From a virus: a stretch of 60,715 nucleotides of DNA. The stretch lies in IMG/VR virus record IMGVR_UViG_3300045988_118650, one strand, 5' to 3'. The translations under genes and the position numbers were made by a program. The notes beneath the pieces were generated by a model. It was not told the origin of the DNA and searched no databases. It saw nothing but the letters and a program-made list of their open reading frames with translations. This document shows, in pieces, positions 8,013 through 17,688 of the stretch (position 1 is its first letter; the number at the start of each line of letters is the position of its first letter).

Positions 8013-8999
8013 TCAGCCCCCTTTCTTGACGTCTGCCGCCGTTGTGAGGGTGACAGACATTGTGTGTAGATTATCCTCAAAATAGTGGTCGTCGTCGTCC
8101 ACATAGTAGGCGCGGTTGATGTTCAGGTGCGGGATGCGCACCAGAATGGCCTTGCCTGATATGACGTCGGCGTCGCCCAGTGTGTCGAGGTCGATGTTTT
8201 CTTCCGGGTCGTCCAGCGTGTCAAGGACGCTGGAAACAAGGTCTTTGACCTGCGGCGTGGTGAGGGATTCATCCGGCTGCTGGATCTCCTGAAAGATGCC
8301 GATCTTCTTTTCAAGGGCAGCGTTTGACTTTTCGGCCAGAGTGGTGCCCTCTTTTGAGATCATCTTGACGCGGGTCTTGATGTTCTCAATGCTCTTGGTG
8401 TAGGAATATCCGTACAGGTTGGCGTCGCCGTCCACGACGTAGGAAATGACCTGATCTTTGCGTTGCAGCAGGGAGAGCTTGCCGCCGTCGCTGCTGACGT
8501 AGTGCCGGGTGCCCGTTGCCTTGTAGTCAAGGCTCAGGGCGTCCAGTACGGCATCCTGCCCGGTGGTCTTGCTCTTGGTCAGCTCCGGGATTTGGTAGGT
8601 GCATTTTGCGACCGTTCCAGTCGGGATGCCAAATCGGGAGCAGACGTCGGCAAATACCTGATCTGCGGTCTTGTTTTTGTAAACAAACGTGTCCTTGTTG
8701 TTGGCAAGGTAGATGCCGTTATCGTAGGCGGTGAATTTCAGACTTTTCTTGTTGCCCTGATTCTGGTTCAGCAGGATGCCCCGAAAGCGCTCCTTGCCGT
8801 CAACGAGAAAAATACATTGGTTCCCATCTTCCACGTTGATGCCGCTGCGGGCGTGCTTGTAGCCGTCGTCGTCGATCATGGTCACGGTCAGGGTGCGGGC
8901 AGAACTGCCCTTGCGTCCTCTCCAATGGACAGACTTGACAAGGGCGGTCATGTCGGTGGTCTTTTTGTTCTGAACGATCAGAAGCTGGATTTTTGCCAT
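8013..8999 (-). CDS. XkdQ/YqbQ-like tail (late control D-like) protein
   Basis: MAKIQLLIVQNKK..VHWRGRKGSSARTLTVTMIDDD. The ATG at 8997-8999 follows GGGGAGGG. Confidence 0.75.
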   Translation of the reverse strand: MAKIQLLIVQNKKTTDMTALVKSVHWRGRKGSSARTLTVTMIDDDGYKHARSGINVEDGNQCIFLVDGKERFRGILLNQNQGNKKSLKFTAYDNGIYLANNKDTFVYKNKTADQVFADVCSRFGIPTGTVAKCTYQIPELTKSKTTGQDAVLDALSLDYKATGTRHYVSSDGGKLSLLQRKDQVISYVVDGDANLYGYSYTKSIENIKTRVKMISKEGTTLAEKSNAALEKKIGIFQEIQQPDESLTTPQVKDLVSSVLDTLDDPEENIDLDTLGDADVISGKAILVRIPHLNINRAYYVDDDDHYFEDNLHTMSVTLTTAADVKKGG

Positions 9000-9013
9000 G
9001 CGCCGCCCTCCCC

Positions 9014-9670
9014 TCACGGAATCTTCAAAATCTGTCCGGGGTAGATCAGATTCGGGTTGCTGCCGATGATGGATTTGTTCGCGGAATAGATGTCGGTGTA
9101 TTTGGCACCGTTGCCGTATAGGCTCTTTGCAATGTTGTACAGGCAGTCGCCCTTCTTGACCGTGTAGGTCTTTGGGGTGGATGCGCTGTCAACGCGGGTC
9201 GTGACGTCCTGCACCGTTGCGATCAGGGCAGAGCTGACAGAAACGGTTTTCAATGAAACCTCCTGATACTCTTTCAGGGTGATGTCGTAGGAGTAGGTGC
9301 CCACGTCGCCGCCGCTTTCGGAGTAGTTGAAGCTCTCGATGGTGCAGTACAGATTGATGAACATACCCGTGCAAATAAAATGGATGGGTACGCGGCTCTT
9401 TTTCCAGCGCTCGATCATGCGGATGTACAAAATCGGCGGCACGGCAATGAAGGATTTCATGCCGGGGAAAGAGTGCGCCGGGAAGAAGCTGGAAAAGCTA
9501 AATTGCAAAGCCGGGCGGCTCTGCATGATCGTGACCTCTCCAAGCCCGGTCAGGTCAACGCTCTGGTTGTTGGAGCCGTTTTTTACGGAGAATTTTTCAG
9601 GCAGCACGGGGAGCCTGATTTTTTCCTTTTCGGCGTTCCATGTAAACCAGATCTGGTAGTTAATACTCAT
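9014..9670 (-). CDS. XkdP-like tail protein with C-terminal LysM domain
   Basis: C-terminus YTVKKGDCLYNIAKSLYGNGAKYTDIYSANKSIIGSNPNLIYPGQILKIP is a LysM domain. The ATG at 9668-9670 overlaps the end of the tape measure gene. Confidence 0.85.
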   Translation of the reverse strand: MSINYQIWFTWNAEKEKIRLPVLPEKFSVKNGSNNQSVDLTGLGEVTIMQSRPALQFSFSSFFPAHSFPGMKSFIAVPPILYIRMIERWKKSRVPIHFICTGMFINLYCTIESFNYSESGGDVGTYSYDITLKEYQEVSLKTVSVSSALIATVQDVTTRVDSASTPKTYTVKKGDCLYNIAKSLYGNGAKYTDIYSANKSIIGSNPNLIYPGQILKIP

Positions 9671-12600
9671 ACGAAAGCTGGCCCTCCTCAAAAATCTCCT
9701 GCTTGATAATGCCCATCAGAACAGGCTTCATGTTGTCGGTCAGCAGTTCCAGCACGTCGCTTTCGGTCATGCCGCCGCCAGAGCCGCCAGAGACCGTCAC
9801 AGCGCCCTTTCCTACCAGTTCTAGGATAACTCTTTTCACCGTTTCGGCGGGCGTGTTCTGGGTGTTCTGCGGAGCCGTTGCGACGGGCAGGACGTTGAGG
9901 GGCGCAGGCTCGACGGGTTCCGGGGTTTCAGACGCGGGCACGGCGGTGGCCGTCGCCTGCTGCTCGTCGGCTGCGACGGGTGCGGTGGGCTGCTGGGTCA
10001 GAACATCTTCCAGCTCCGTGAGGTCATAGGTCTCGGTGGCCCCCTGCGGGGTGGCAGACAGGCCCATGTAGGCCGCTTCAATTTCCGGCAGGTCAGAGTT
10101 CTTGCCGGAGAGGATGTCAGCGACCTTGCCCAGCGTGGACGCCAAGAGAGATTCTCCCGGCGCAGGTTCCGGGGCATCGATGGAGATACCAGCGAGAGCC
10201 TGCAGGAATTGGCTGAACCTCTTTTCGGTCCCGGCCTGCTCCTGCGTGATGTGGCTTTCGACGCTGTTGTCCGTGGTGTAGCTTTCAGCGACGTCGTGGC
10301 TGTCCACGGTCTGTGCGCTGTTGTCGATGCTGGTTACATCGTGGCTATCATTCAGGACGCTGGCGTCGGTGAGGTCATGGCTATCCGTGACCGCATGGCT
10401 ATCGGTGATTGCGTACTCATTCGCCACATCATGACTGTCCACAACAGAGTGGTCATCTGTGACGGTGTTGTAGGTGGTTTCGGATGCGGGCGCTGCGGCG
10501 GCCGTTGCCGGGGCGTCATCGATGCCGTTCAGGGCATCAATGATCTTCTCGGTCTCTTCGGTGGGGAAAACGGTGCTCCCCTGCTTTCCAACGATCAGCT
10601 CCGGGCCTTCCTCGCCAGCGATGAACACATCTTCGGCGTCGGTCGTGCCGCCAGCATGGCCGGGCACGGTTGGCGTCGGGGTGGTCGGCGTGTAGGTGGC
10701 GCTGTTTTGCAAGGCGGCGGCCACGGATGCGGCCACGTCCTTTGCAGCAGCTACGGCGTCCTTCTTGCCGTTCTTTATGCCCTGAATGTAGCCGTCAAGG
10801 GTCTTTTCGGCTTGCGCCTTTGCGTTAAGGGACATATCCATGCCCTCGACGGTATCAAGCATTTTCCGTTCAAACTCGTCGAGCTGCTTTTCGTAGCCCG
10901 TCACCCAGTCTGCGGTGGCCTGTGCAGCTTCGTCCTGCTTGGCGGTGACGTCGGCCAAGGTGTTTGCCAGCTTGGACACAGCGTCCTTGTTGCCGCTGTT
11001 GATGGCCTTGACCATGCTTGCGGCCAGACCTGCGGCCTGCTCGCTGCCGTCCTGCACATAGGACATCAGGGCCTTGTAGTTGTCCTCGGTGATGCCAAGA
11101 TCCTGATAAGATGTGCCTTTCAGGGTCTCGATGTTTGCGGTATAGGTGTTCCAGTAGTTGAGCTGGGAATCCAGCGCGGCCTGTGCGGCTGCGACGCTGG
11201 CGTTCAGGTAGTCTTCGGACTTGGTGGAAGCTTCATCAAATAGCCCAAACTGGCCCTCAAAGCTGTCCTTTGCGGCCTTGTAGGCTGCATCGTAGGCTTC
11301 GCAGAGCTTTTCCACATCTGCCCGGACGTCGTTATAGGCTTGCGACACCGCTTCCTGCTGGGAAACGATCTCGCTGCCTGCGGCTTTGGCGTCATCGGCC
11401 TGCTGGGTGTAATACTTGTCGATGACTTCCAGACGGTCAGATGTGTCGTCGAGGGCTTTTTGCAGCTCGCCCTGTTTGTCCTGATACTTTTGCAGCTCCT
11501 CGTTGGCTGCGTTGAGGTTTGCGGCCTGTTCAGACCACTGTGCGGAGATGGTGGCCATGCCGGTGGGGTCTTGCGCATACAGGTCGGTGATGTAGTCATC
11601 ATAGACCTTCTGCGCTTCGTTCACGCGCTCCTGCGCGGCGGCTATGGCGTCATTGTTTTCCTTGATGGTTTCCTGCTCGGTGGCCTGCTGTTTCAACAGG
11701 TCAACGTATTCCTGATACTTCTCCTTCTGGAGCTCCTGCTCGGCCTGCTGCTTTGCCATTTCCTTGACGCTGGCAATGGCCTTGCTCTGGTTTTCAGTCA
11801 GATCCTCATAGGTGAGGCTCAGGCCGTCAATGCTGCCGTTCAGCTCGTTGATGATGGTTTCCATCTGGGCTTGCTTTTCAGCGCTGTTCCCGGTGGAGCT
11901 TGCCAGCGCATCGAGCTGGGCGACCAGTGCAAGGTTTTCGACCTCGCTGTTGTGGATGGCCTGCGTGTTGCTGCCAAAGCTGTCGATCAGGTCGTTGTGC
12001 TTGCTGATTACGTTGTCAAGGTTGGATACATACTCGTCCACGGACTGCCCGTTGTTTTCCAGAGAATCGGAAAGCTCATCGATGCGGTACTTCAGGGTGG
12101 ATGCCTGATCGGACGTGCTGCCGTAGGTGCGGCAGGCTTTGTCATACTGTTCTTTGAGGGATTCCAGCTCCTTTGTCTGGGCGGCGGTGGTGGCCGTCAT
12201 GGACATGGCTTCGTCGTAGGTGTCCTCATACTTGTTGCCCAGCATGGTGACAGCAGCGGTAACGGCTGTCACGGCGGCTGCGGCCGCCAGCAGGCCGGGG
12301 GCAAACGGCGTTATCGTGGCAAGGAACGATTTCATGGTCGTGCTTGCAAAAAGGGTGGCGGCAGAGACGCCAGCGACGCCGACGGCAACGGCTCCCAGAC
12401 CTGCGCCGACGGCGGTCAGAGCCTTTACCACGTTGGGGTGTTCGGAGAGGAAATCGCCCACGTTGCCCCAGAGTTCGGCCAGTTCAGCAGATGCGTCATG
12501 GATGGTCGGCTCTAAGGTCTGGGTAAAGGCAACGGTCATCTTGTTGTTGGCCTTTTCCCATTTCTCGGACAGGCTTTCGCCAGCCGCCGCGGTACGTTCC

Positions 12601-14246
12601 AGCGTCCCGGCCGCTTCATCCAGAGATCCAGTCAGGGTGTCGGTGGTGATAGCGCCGTCCCGGATAGCCCGCGCAAAGTCCACACCGACCTTGCTGCCAA
12701 AGACTTCCACGGCCTTTGTGGTGGCTTCGGAGCTGTCCTTCATGTTGGCAATCTCGGTAATGGTATCTTGCAGGGCTTCCTGTGCATCCAGACCGTCGGC
12801 GGCAAAGTTCTTGACGGCGGTTCGCATGGCCGTGATGGTAGAGGTGCCCTCGACGCCGTACAGCTCCATCTTTGCCAACAGGCCGATGGCGTTTTCCAAC
12901 GACAAGCCCATCTCCTGCAAGGACGATGCGCCGGTGATAAGGGTATTGCTCAGGGTCGTGACGGACAGGCCGGAGATCTGTCCCGCATAGGCCAGATCGT
13001 CAAGGACGTCAGGGAGCTTGCTTGCATCCTCGCCCCACTTGTTCATGATCTTGGTGACAAGCTGGACAGAGCCGACGACCTCCTGCCCGGTAATATCGGC
13101 AAAGTCGAGAAACTGGCCGGTGACTTCCGAAAGCGTGTCCCCGGTATAGCCCAGACGGGTGTTGATCTCGCCGACCGCCCCGGCCACGCTGGAAAGCGCG
13201 TCGTCATTCTGGGAGAATGCTTTAAGGGCGCTTGCACCCAGACCGTCGAGGGCGTCCCCGGTGGCACCAGTGGCGTTAACGATGATCTTCTCCGCGTCGC
13301 TGTATGCGTTGGTCATATCGTAGACCGCAGAGGTGATCTCCTTGATCGTGGCCGTGATGCCCGCCGCTGCCAGCGCTTGCGCAATGGTGGTAACGGCTTC
13401 AGTTCCGGTCTTTGAAGCCTTGTCAGCTTCATCGCTTGCTTTCTGGGTGGTCTTTGCCAGTTCGTCGGTGGCGTCACTGGCCTTGCCGTTGGCTGCCGCC
13501 AACGATTCGGATGCGTGGCCGACCTGCTCTGCTGCGGCTTCGAGCTTACCAAGGTCTTCCGTGCCGGACTGCATGACGGCCTGATAGTTCTGCATGGCTG
13601 CATCAGCTTCAAGCTGCGCCTGCGCCAGCTCCTTGAGGGCTTCGGCTGCCGCGTCGCTGGCGGCTTCCAGCTCCTTTTTGGTGTCCGTGGACAGCTTCTC
13701 ATTCTGCATGAGTTCGTCCAGCTGGTCATCTGTTTTCTTGATGGATGCGGTCAGGGCATCATGGATTCCGGCAGATGCTTCAACGGATTTCGAGAGGTTG
13801 TCGGACGACTTTTCGCAGAGGGACATCATGTCGTTGAGGTCGTCCAGCGCGGCGGTGGATTTGACGCCCATATCGACAAGCTCCTGCGTGGAGTAGGTAG
13901 CCTCCATCATGGCTTTGTCGTAGCCGCCGACCGCACTTGTCCAGTAGCTTGTTTTCTGGGCAGCTTCGTCCGCTGCTGCGCCGTACTGGTCGAGGACGTC
14001 GGCCAGATCTCCGGCGGCAGAATCCGCGCTGCTGACGGCCTGCTCGATGCTGTCGATGGATGTAGCCACGCCGTCGGCAGCAGTAGCGGCATACGATGCA
14101 GAGGACGAAATAGCGTCCATAGCTGCACTTGCTGCGTCGCCTGCGGATTCCCATTTGTCCAGCATGGTTTGGCCGCCTGCGGCAAGGTCGGCCATCTTCT
14201 GGCTCATTTCGTCGATCATCTGAAATCGGGCGGTTAAGTTTGCCAT
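9660..14246 (-). CDS. Tail tape measure protein (1528 aa)
   Basis: Very long helical, Ala/Glu-rich protein with a central TM-like AVGAGLGAVAVGVAGV segment. It lies after the chaperone genes. Confidence 0.9.
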   Translation of the reverse strand: MANLTARFQMIDEMSQKMADLAAGGQTMLDKWESAGDAASAAMDAISSSASYAATAADGVATSIDSIEQAVSSADSAAGDLADVLDQYGAAADEAAQKTSYWTSAVGGYDKAMMEATYSTQELVDMGVKSTAALDDLNDMMSLCEKSSDNLSKSVEASAGIHDALTASIKKTDDQLDELMQNEKLSTDTKKELEAASDAAAEALKELAQAQLEADAAMQNYQAVMQSGTEDLGKLEAAAEQVGHASESLAAANGKASDATDELAKTTQKASDEADKASKTGTEAVTTIAQALAAAGITATIKEITSAVYDMTNAYSDAEKIIVNATGATGDALDGLGASALKAFSQNDDALSSVAGAVGEINTRLGYTGDTLSEVTGQFLDFADITGQEVVGSVQLVTKIMNKWGEDASKLPDVLDDLAYAGQISGLSVTTLSNTLITGASSLQEMGLSLENAIGLLAKMELYGVEGTSTITAMRTAVKNFAADGLDAQEALQDTITEIANMKDSSEATTKAVEVFGSKVGVDFARAIRDGAITTDTLTGSLDEAAGTLERTAAAGESLSEKWEKANNKMTVAFTQTLEPTIHDASAELAELWGNVGDFLSEHPNVVKALTAVGAGLGAVAVGVAGVSAATLFASTTMKSFLATITPFAPGLLAAAAAVTAVTAAVTMLGNKYEDTYDEAMSMTATTAAQTKELESLKEQYDKACRTYGSTSDQASTLKYRIDELSDSLENNGQSVDEYVSNLDNVISKHNDLIDSFGSNTQAIHNSEVENLALVAQLDALASSTGNSAEKQAQMETIINELNGSIDGLSLTYEDLTENQSKAIASVKEMAKQQAEQELQKEKYQEYVDLLKQQATEQETIKENNDAIAAAQERVNEAQKVYDDYITDLYAQDPTGMATISAQWSEQAANLNAANEELQKYQDKQGELQKALDDTSDRLEVIDKYYTQQADDAKAAGSEIVSQQEAVSQAYNDVRADVEKLCEAYDAAYKAAKDSFEGQFGLFDEASTKSEDYLNASVAAAQAALDSQLNYWNTYTANIETLKGTSYQDLGITEDNYKALMSYVQDGSEQAAGLAASMVKAINSGNKDAVSKLANTLADVTAKQDEAAQATADWVTGYEKQLDEFERKMLDTVEGMDMSLNAKAQAEKTLDGYIQGIKNGKKDAVAAAKDVAASVAAALQNSATYTPTTPTPTVPGHAGGTTDAEDVFIAGEEGPELIVGKQGSTVFPTEETEKIIDALNGIDDAPATAAAAPASETTYNTVTDDHSVVDSHDVANEYAITDSHAVTDSHDLTDASVLNDSHDVTSIDNSAQTVDSHDVAESYTTDNSVESHITQEQAGTEKRFSQFLQALAGISIDAPEPAPGESLLASTLGKVADILSGKNSDLPEIEAAYMGLSATPQGATETYDLTELEDVLTQQPTAPVAADEQQATATAVPASETPEPVEPAPLNVLPVATAPQNTQNTPAETVKRVILELVGKGAVTVSGGSGGGMTESDVLELLTDNMKPVLMGIIKQEIFEEGQLSYEY

Positions 14247-14253
14247 TTAGTCC

Positions 14254-14442
14254 TCACCTCCTTTGGGCTTCGGCTTGTATCCGGGCTTGCTCCCGCTTTT
14301 CGTCGGTAACAAGCTCAGATGCGATGTAGAACAGCTGTCTTCTGCGCGGCATGGCGTCATACTCTTCCGGGCGCAGGCCGTGCCGCTGCCAGAGCGTGTG
14401 TGCCCAGTAGCCGTCAGAGCCAGCCGCCCGGATCAGTTTTTT
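14254..14442 (-). CDS. -1 frame extension of the tail assembly chaperone (GT-like product)
   Basis: From the slippery site, the -1 frame reads LIRAAGSDGYWAHTLWQRHGL...AEAQRR and stops just before the tape measure RBS. Confidence 0.7.
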   Translation of the reverse strand, partial: KKLIRAAGSDGYWAHTLWQRHGLRPEEYDAMPRRRQLFYIASELVTDEKREQARIQAEAQRR

Positions 14443-14903
14443 GCTTCTTCGAGGGTCTGCGCGTCGTCCGGGGCTTCCATCATGCCAAGGGCCTGCATGA
14501 CGCGCTGGACAACGTAGTCGTACTCGCCGTGATGGCTGAAAACGTGCAGGGGCATATCGGTGACATCGACGCACTTGTAGTAGGACATAAGCTCCTTGTC
14601 GTCCAGCTTGGGGTACTGCAGGGCGGCCACGATGATGTGGCGCAGGGCGCGGGCGTTATCGCGCTCGGTCTTCCAGACCACCTCACCGCCGTTGACCAGC
14701 GGGTTGCCCTTCTTGTCGGTGGCAATGCTACGCTTGCGGTAGATGGCGTTGATCTTGTCAATCTCCTGCTGGGGCAGCACCTTGACTTCAAACTCGATGA
14801 CGTTGCCGTCGTCGTCCTTAAAGGATTCCGGGGCGGCAAAGGTCACAATCTCCTCCTGCTGGGGACGCATGAAAAACTTCAGATTCTTGTTAGCAGTAGC
14901 CAT
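14433..14903 (-). CDS. Tail assembly chaperone (XkdN-like)
   Basis: MATANKNLKFFMRPQQEEIVTFAAPESFKDDDGNVIEFEVKVLPQQEIDKINAIY. Located between the tube and tape measure genes. Confidence 0.8.
   Translation of the reverse strand: MATANKNLKFFMRPQQEEIVTFAAPESFKDDDGNVIEFEVKVLPQQEIDKINAIYRKRSIATDKKGNPLVNGGEVVWKTERDNARALRHIIVAALQYPKLDDKELMSYYKCVDVTDMPLHVFSHHGEYDYVVQRVMQALGMMEAPDDAQTLEEAKN
14436..14442 (-). promoter_or_regulatory. Programmed -1 ribosomal frameshift heptamer A_AAA_AAC
   Basis: Minus strand reads GCA AAA AAC TGA. The heptamer is in the X_XXY_YYZ register, immediately before the zero-frame stop. Confidence 0.7.
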
Positions 14904-14918
14904 AATATAAAACCTCCA

Positions 14919-14968
14919 TAAAAAGAAAAACCCGCCCCTTTCAAACGTGATTCGTCAAAAGGGGCGGG
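14919..14968 (-). terminator. Intrinsic terminator/attenuator between tube and chaperone genes
   Basis: Minus strand has CCCGCCCCTT..AAGGGGCGGG (10-bp stem) followed by TTTTTCTTTTT. Confidence 0.6.
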
Positions 14969-15038
14969 TACATTCAGCTTGTCGTTATAATGTTTTCACA
15001 GCGGTAAAAATCGCCCTTTCTCACCACTGCGGCGGCTC

Positions 15039-15467
15039 TTAGATAAAGTCGCGGGCGTTAAAGGTCAGGCTGTCGGTCACGACATCGCCGTTGCTGTCCA
15101 GTGCGGTCAGCGGCATTGCGCCGGTGGGGACGCAGCCAATATAGGTGCAAACGTCGTTGCCGTGCTTATCAAAGAAATCAGAATCCGGGTCATCCATGAT
15201 GCCCTGAATGGTGATTTCAGGGGTCTTGTGGGTGTTCTGGTACTTCTTGATGACCTCTTTGATATAGGGGTTAGAGCGATGGCGGGTCACGGTGACGGTG
15301 AGGTTGTAGCCCAGCCAGCGGGTGCTGTTGGAGTAATCACCCAGCTGCTTGCCGCTCCAAGTGTCAGGGGTAAAAGTGCCAGTTGCGCTGACGGAATCGG
15401 CGGCTTCGATGCCGTCGATAAAGATCTTACCCTGACGGAGAGAGATCGGGCGGGTATTAAATTCCAT
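15039..15467 (-). CDS. Tail tube protein (XkdM-like)
   Basis: 142 aa, immediately after the sheath gene. N-terminus MEFNTRPISLRQGKIFIDG. Confidence 0.85.
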   Translation of the reverse strand: MEFNTRPISLRQGKIFIDGIEAADSVSATGTFTPDTWSGKQLGDYSNSTRWLGYNLTVTVTRHRSNPYIKEVIKKYQNTHKTPEITIQGIMDDPDSDFFDKHGNDVCTYIGCVPTGAMPLTALDSNGDVVTDSLTFNARDFI

Positions 15468-15487
15468 GGTTCATGCTCCTTTCCGGC

Positions 15488-16831
15488 TTAGTGGGTGTGG
15501 ACAGTAAAGAACAGCTTCTCGGCGCTGTCCACAGGCTGCAAATTGACGTCGAAATAGGTCTTGTCGCCGTAGGATGCGGTGCGGTCAACAAGGAAGTCCG
15601 CGTCATAGTCCACGTTGGTGATTGCGCCGACGTCCTCAAACTGCTTCAGGATGGATTTGCCGACGCCCTCCATGATGTCCCAGCCGGTGGCGCTGTTGGC
15701 GTACTTGTTCGGCGGGAAGTTGAGCTGCACGGATTCCTGGAAAGTGTCCAGAACGCGGATGACGCGGTTCTTGCGGTAGGTTTCATCCTTGGGTTGCTTA
15801 AAGCTGGTCAGGCTGTTGATGTCGTACTCGGCGACGATCTTGTTCTCCTCGGACACAGAGAAAGCGAAATGACCCTCATTGATGGCGGCCACATATTCCT
15901 CATGGGTCAAAGCGGGGTTCAGACCGGTGGCTGCATCGACGGCCTTGTAGGTCAGGCTTTCGGTGTAGGACGCGCCAGCGGTAGCGCCAGCGACCCATGC
16001 GCAGGCTTCGGCAGCGGACAGCGCGTCGTCGCCGATGGTATAGCCATTCTTGACGGAGATGACGCCCTCGTAGTCTGCGGCAAAGTTGGGCATAACGGCC
16101 TGTACGCCGCGGCCCATGTTCTCGCGCAGGTACTTAATCTTCGTCTTCATGGCGGTCTGCAGGCTGCTCTCGGTAGAGGGCAGGACGACGGCGTTAAACT
16201 TAACGCCCTCCAGCGTGTCCATAAAGGCGGTGACGTCGGAGTTCTCGGCGGTTGCATCCGCGCCGCCGGTGAGGTTCAGCGCAGGGATAGCGGCCAGATT
16301 GCCAGAGCCGGTAAAGGTGACGTAATCGCAATTCTTTGCAATGAGCTGCTCAACGGTGGTCAGGCCCTCGTAGAATGCGACGGTTTTCCCTGCCAGACTG
16401 ACGGTGACGTCAAAGCCGCCAACGGGGTTTGCGGTGATGTTGACGGTCAGGGCGTTGCCACGGCTGCCGCCGTACTTTGCGGTAGCAGTCAGGGTGGGCG
16501 TGGCGGCGTTCTTTGCGGTAGCCTTGGTGCCCTCCTTGACGATGTAGGCCAGCACCTTGCTGGCGTTTTTGAATGCTTCGCGGATAAGCAGCATCTGACG
16601 GTTGGCGTCGCTGTCATACACGCTAAAGCCCAGCTTTGCGTATGCTGCATCCGGGCCAGCATTGGTCAGCTCGATGTAGGAGCCAGCCGGGCCATACATG
16701 GGCTTGAGGATGGGGACGACGACAGTACCGCGCTCACTGGTGCCGACGGTATCGGTCCGCTCGCTCTGGAAATTGATGTAGGTGCCGGGACGGGTCTTCC
16801 CGGCCAGCTTGTCAAACTTGCCACCAGCCAT
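15488..16831 (-). CDS. Contractile tail sheath protein (XkdK-like)
   Basis: MAGGKFDKLAGKTRPGTYINFQS... is a typical sheath N-terminus. About 447 aa from the ATG at 16829-16831. Confidence 0.92.
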   Translation of the reverse strand: MAGGKFDKLAGKTRPGTYINFQSERTDTVGTSERGTVVVPILKPMYGPAGSYIELTNAGPDAAYAKLGFSVYDSDANRQMLLIREAFKNASKVLAYIVKEGTKATAKNAATPTLTATAKYGGSRGNALTVNITANPVGGFDVTVSLAGKTVAFYEGLTTVEQLIAKNCDYVTFTGSGNLAAIPALNLTGGADATAENSDVTAFMDTLEGVKFNAVVLPSTESSLQTAMKTKIKYLRENMGRGVQAVMPNFAADYEGVISVKNGYTIGDDALSAAEACAWVAGATAGASYTESLTYKAVDAATGLNPALTHEEYVAAINEGHFAFSVSEENKIVAEYDINSLTSFKQPKDETYRKNRVIRVLDTFQESVQLNFPPNKYANSATGWDIMEGVGKSILKQFEDVGAITNVDYDADFLVDRTASYGDKTYFDVNLQPVDSAEKLFFTVHTH

Positions 16832-17025
16832 TATTTGACCTCCTTTGCGGCCCATGCTTTGATGTGGGCCTGCACTTCCTCTTTGGTGTACTCGCCGTCG
16901 GGCAGATCAGCGGTCGCGCCTGCAAAGGTGCAGGTGGACACGTTAAAGACCGCGCGGCAGTTCTTACGCAGGGATTCCAGCGGGAATTTCGCTGCGCCCT
17001 GCTCAGTGGTTGCTTTGGTTGCCAT
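16831..17025 (-). CDS. Hypothetical small structural-module protein
   Basis: 64-aa ORF whose stop overlaps the sheath start (TAATG). Confidence 0.6.
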   Translation of the reverse strand: MATKATTEQGAAKFPLESLRKNCRAVFNVSTCTFAGATADLPDGEYTKEEVQAHIKAWAAKEVK

Positions 17026-17040
17026 AAAAGACCTCCTGTT

Positions 17041-17592
17041 TTATTTCGGATGCTGGCCTGCAAAATCCGGGTTCGGGTAGTCCACGGTGCAGCTTTTGAC
17101 GGCTGCCCGGAACGCCGTTTCGATGCGCCGGGTAATGTAGATATCCGGCTCATGCCATCCTTTGATTTCGTAGGTCTGCATCATGGTGACGGGTTCAACG
17201 GCAAAGGGCTTTCTGGATGTCCAGTCGATTTGCAGCTGCACCGCGTTTTCATCCACGGCCCGCAGGGTGGGGTCACGGATGCGGATAAAGCGCCCCGTGC
17301 GGCTGCCGGATTCGTCGATCAGCGGGATCCTGTTTCGACGGTCAAGCAGCGCTGTCAGGGCGGTATAGCCAAGCTCGTATGCGTCCTCTTTCGTGCGGTG
17401 AAAGAATTTGACGAACAGGGAAAAGCCCAGCGCGTAGGTGTTCAGCGTGTCGCCGCCGCCGGTGATCTCCGGGCGGGGGAAGTAGACCGCCGGGACACGG
17501 AACGATTCGGGCACGTTGTTGTAGTACGGGGCCGGGCTGCCGCTTTGTTCGGTCAGAAAGCGCATGATGCTGGCCAAGTCCTGTTCCAGCAT
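17041..17592 (-). CDS. Putative tail completion/terminator protein
   Basis: Sits between the gp10-like gene and the sheath gene. ATG at 17590-17592 follows AGGAG. Confidence 0.6.
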   Translation of the reverse strand: MLEQDLASIMRFLTEQSGSPAPYYNNVPESFRVPAVYFPRPEITGGGDTLNTYALGFSLFVKFFHRTKEDAYELGYTALTALLDRRNRIPLIDESGSRTGRFIRIRDPTLRAVDENAVQLQIDWTSRKPFAVEPVTMMQTYEIKGWHEPDIYITRRIETAFRAAVKSCTVDYPNPDFAGQHPK

Positions 17593-17688
17593 GAGTTCTC
17601 CTTTATTGTGGGGTTCGTTTGGTGAAACGGCGTCCAAATCCAGTTGCTTACAAAATGAAATCGACTTCCCGGTATCGAAAAGTCGAAT

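Noticed and set aside
14254-14574. 106-aa ORF overlapping the chaperone gene, considered as an independent gene.
   Set aside because: Its N-terminal part is Arg/Pro-rich and out of frame over the chaperone. Only the part downstream of the A_AAA_AAC site looks protein-like, so it is treated as the -1 frameshift extension.
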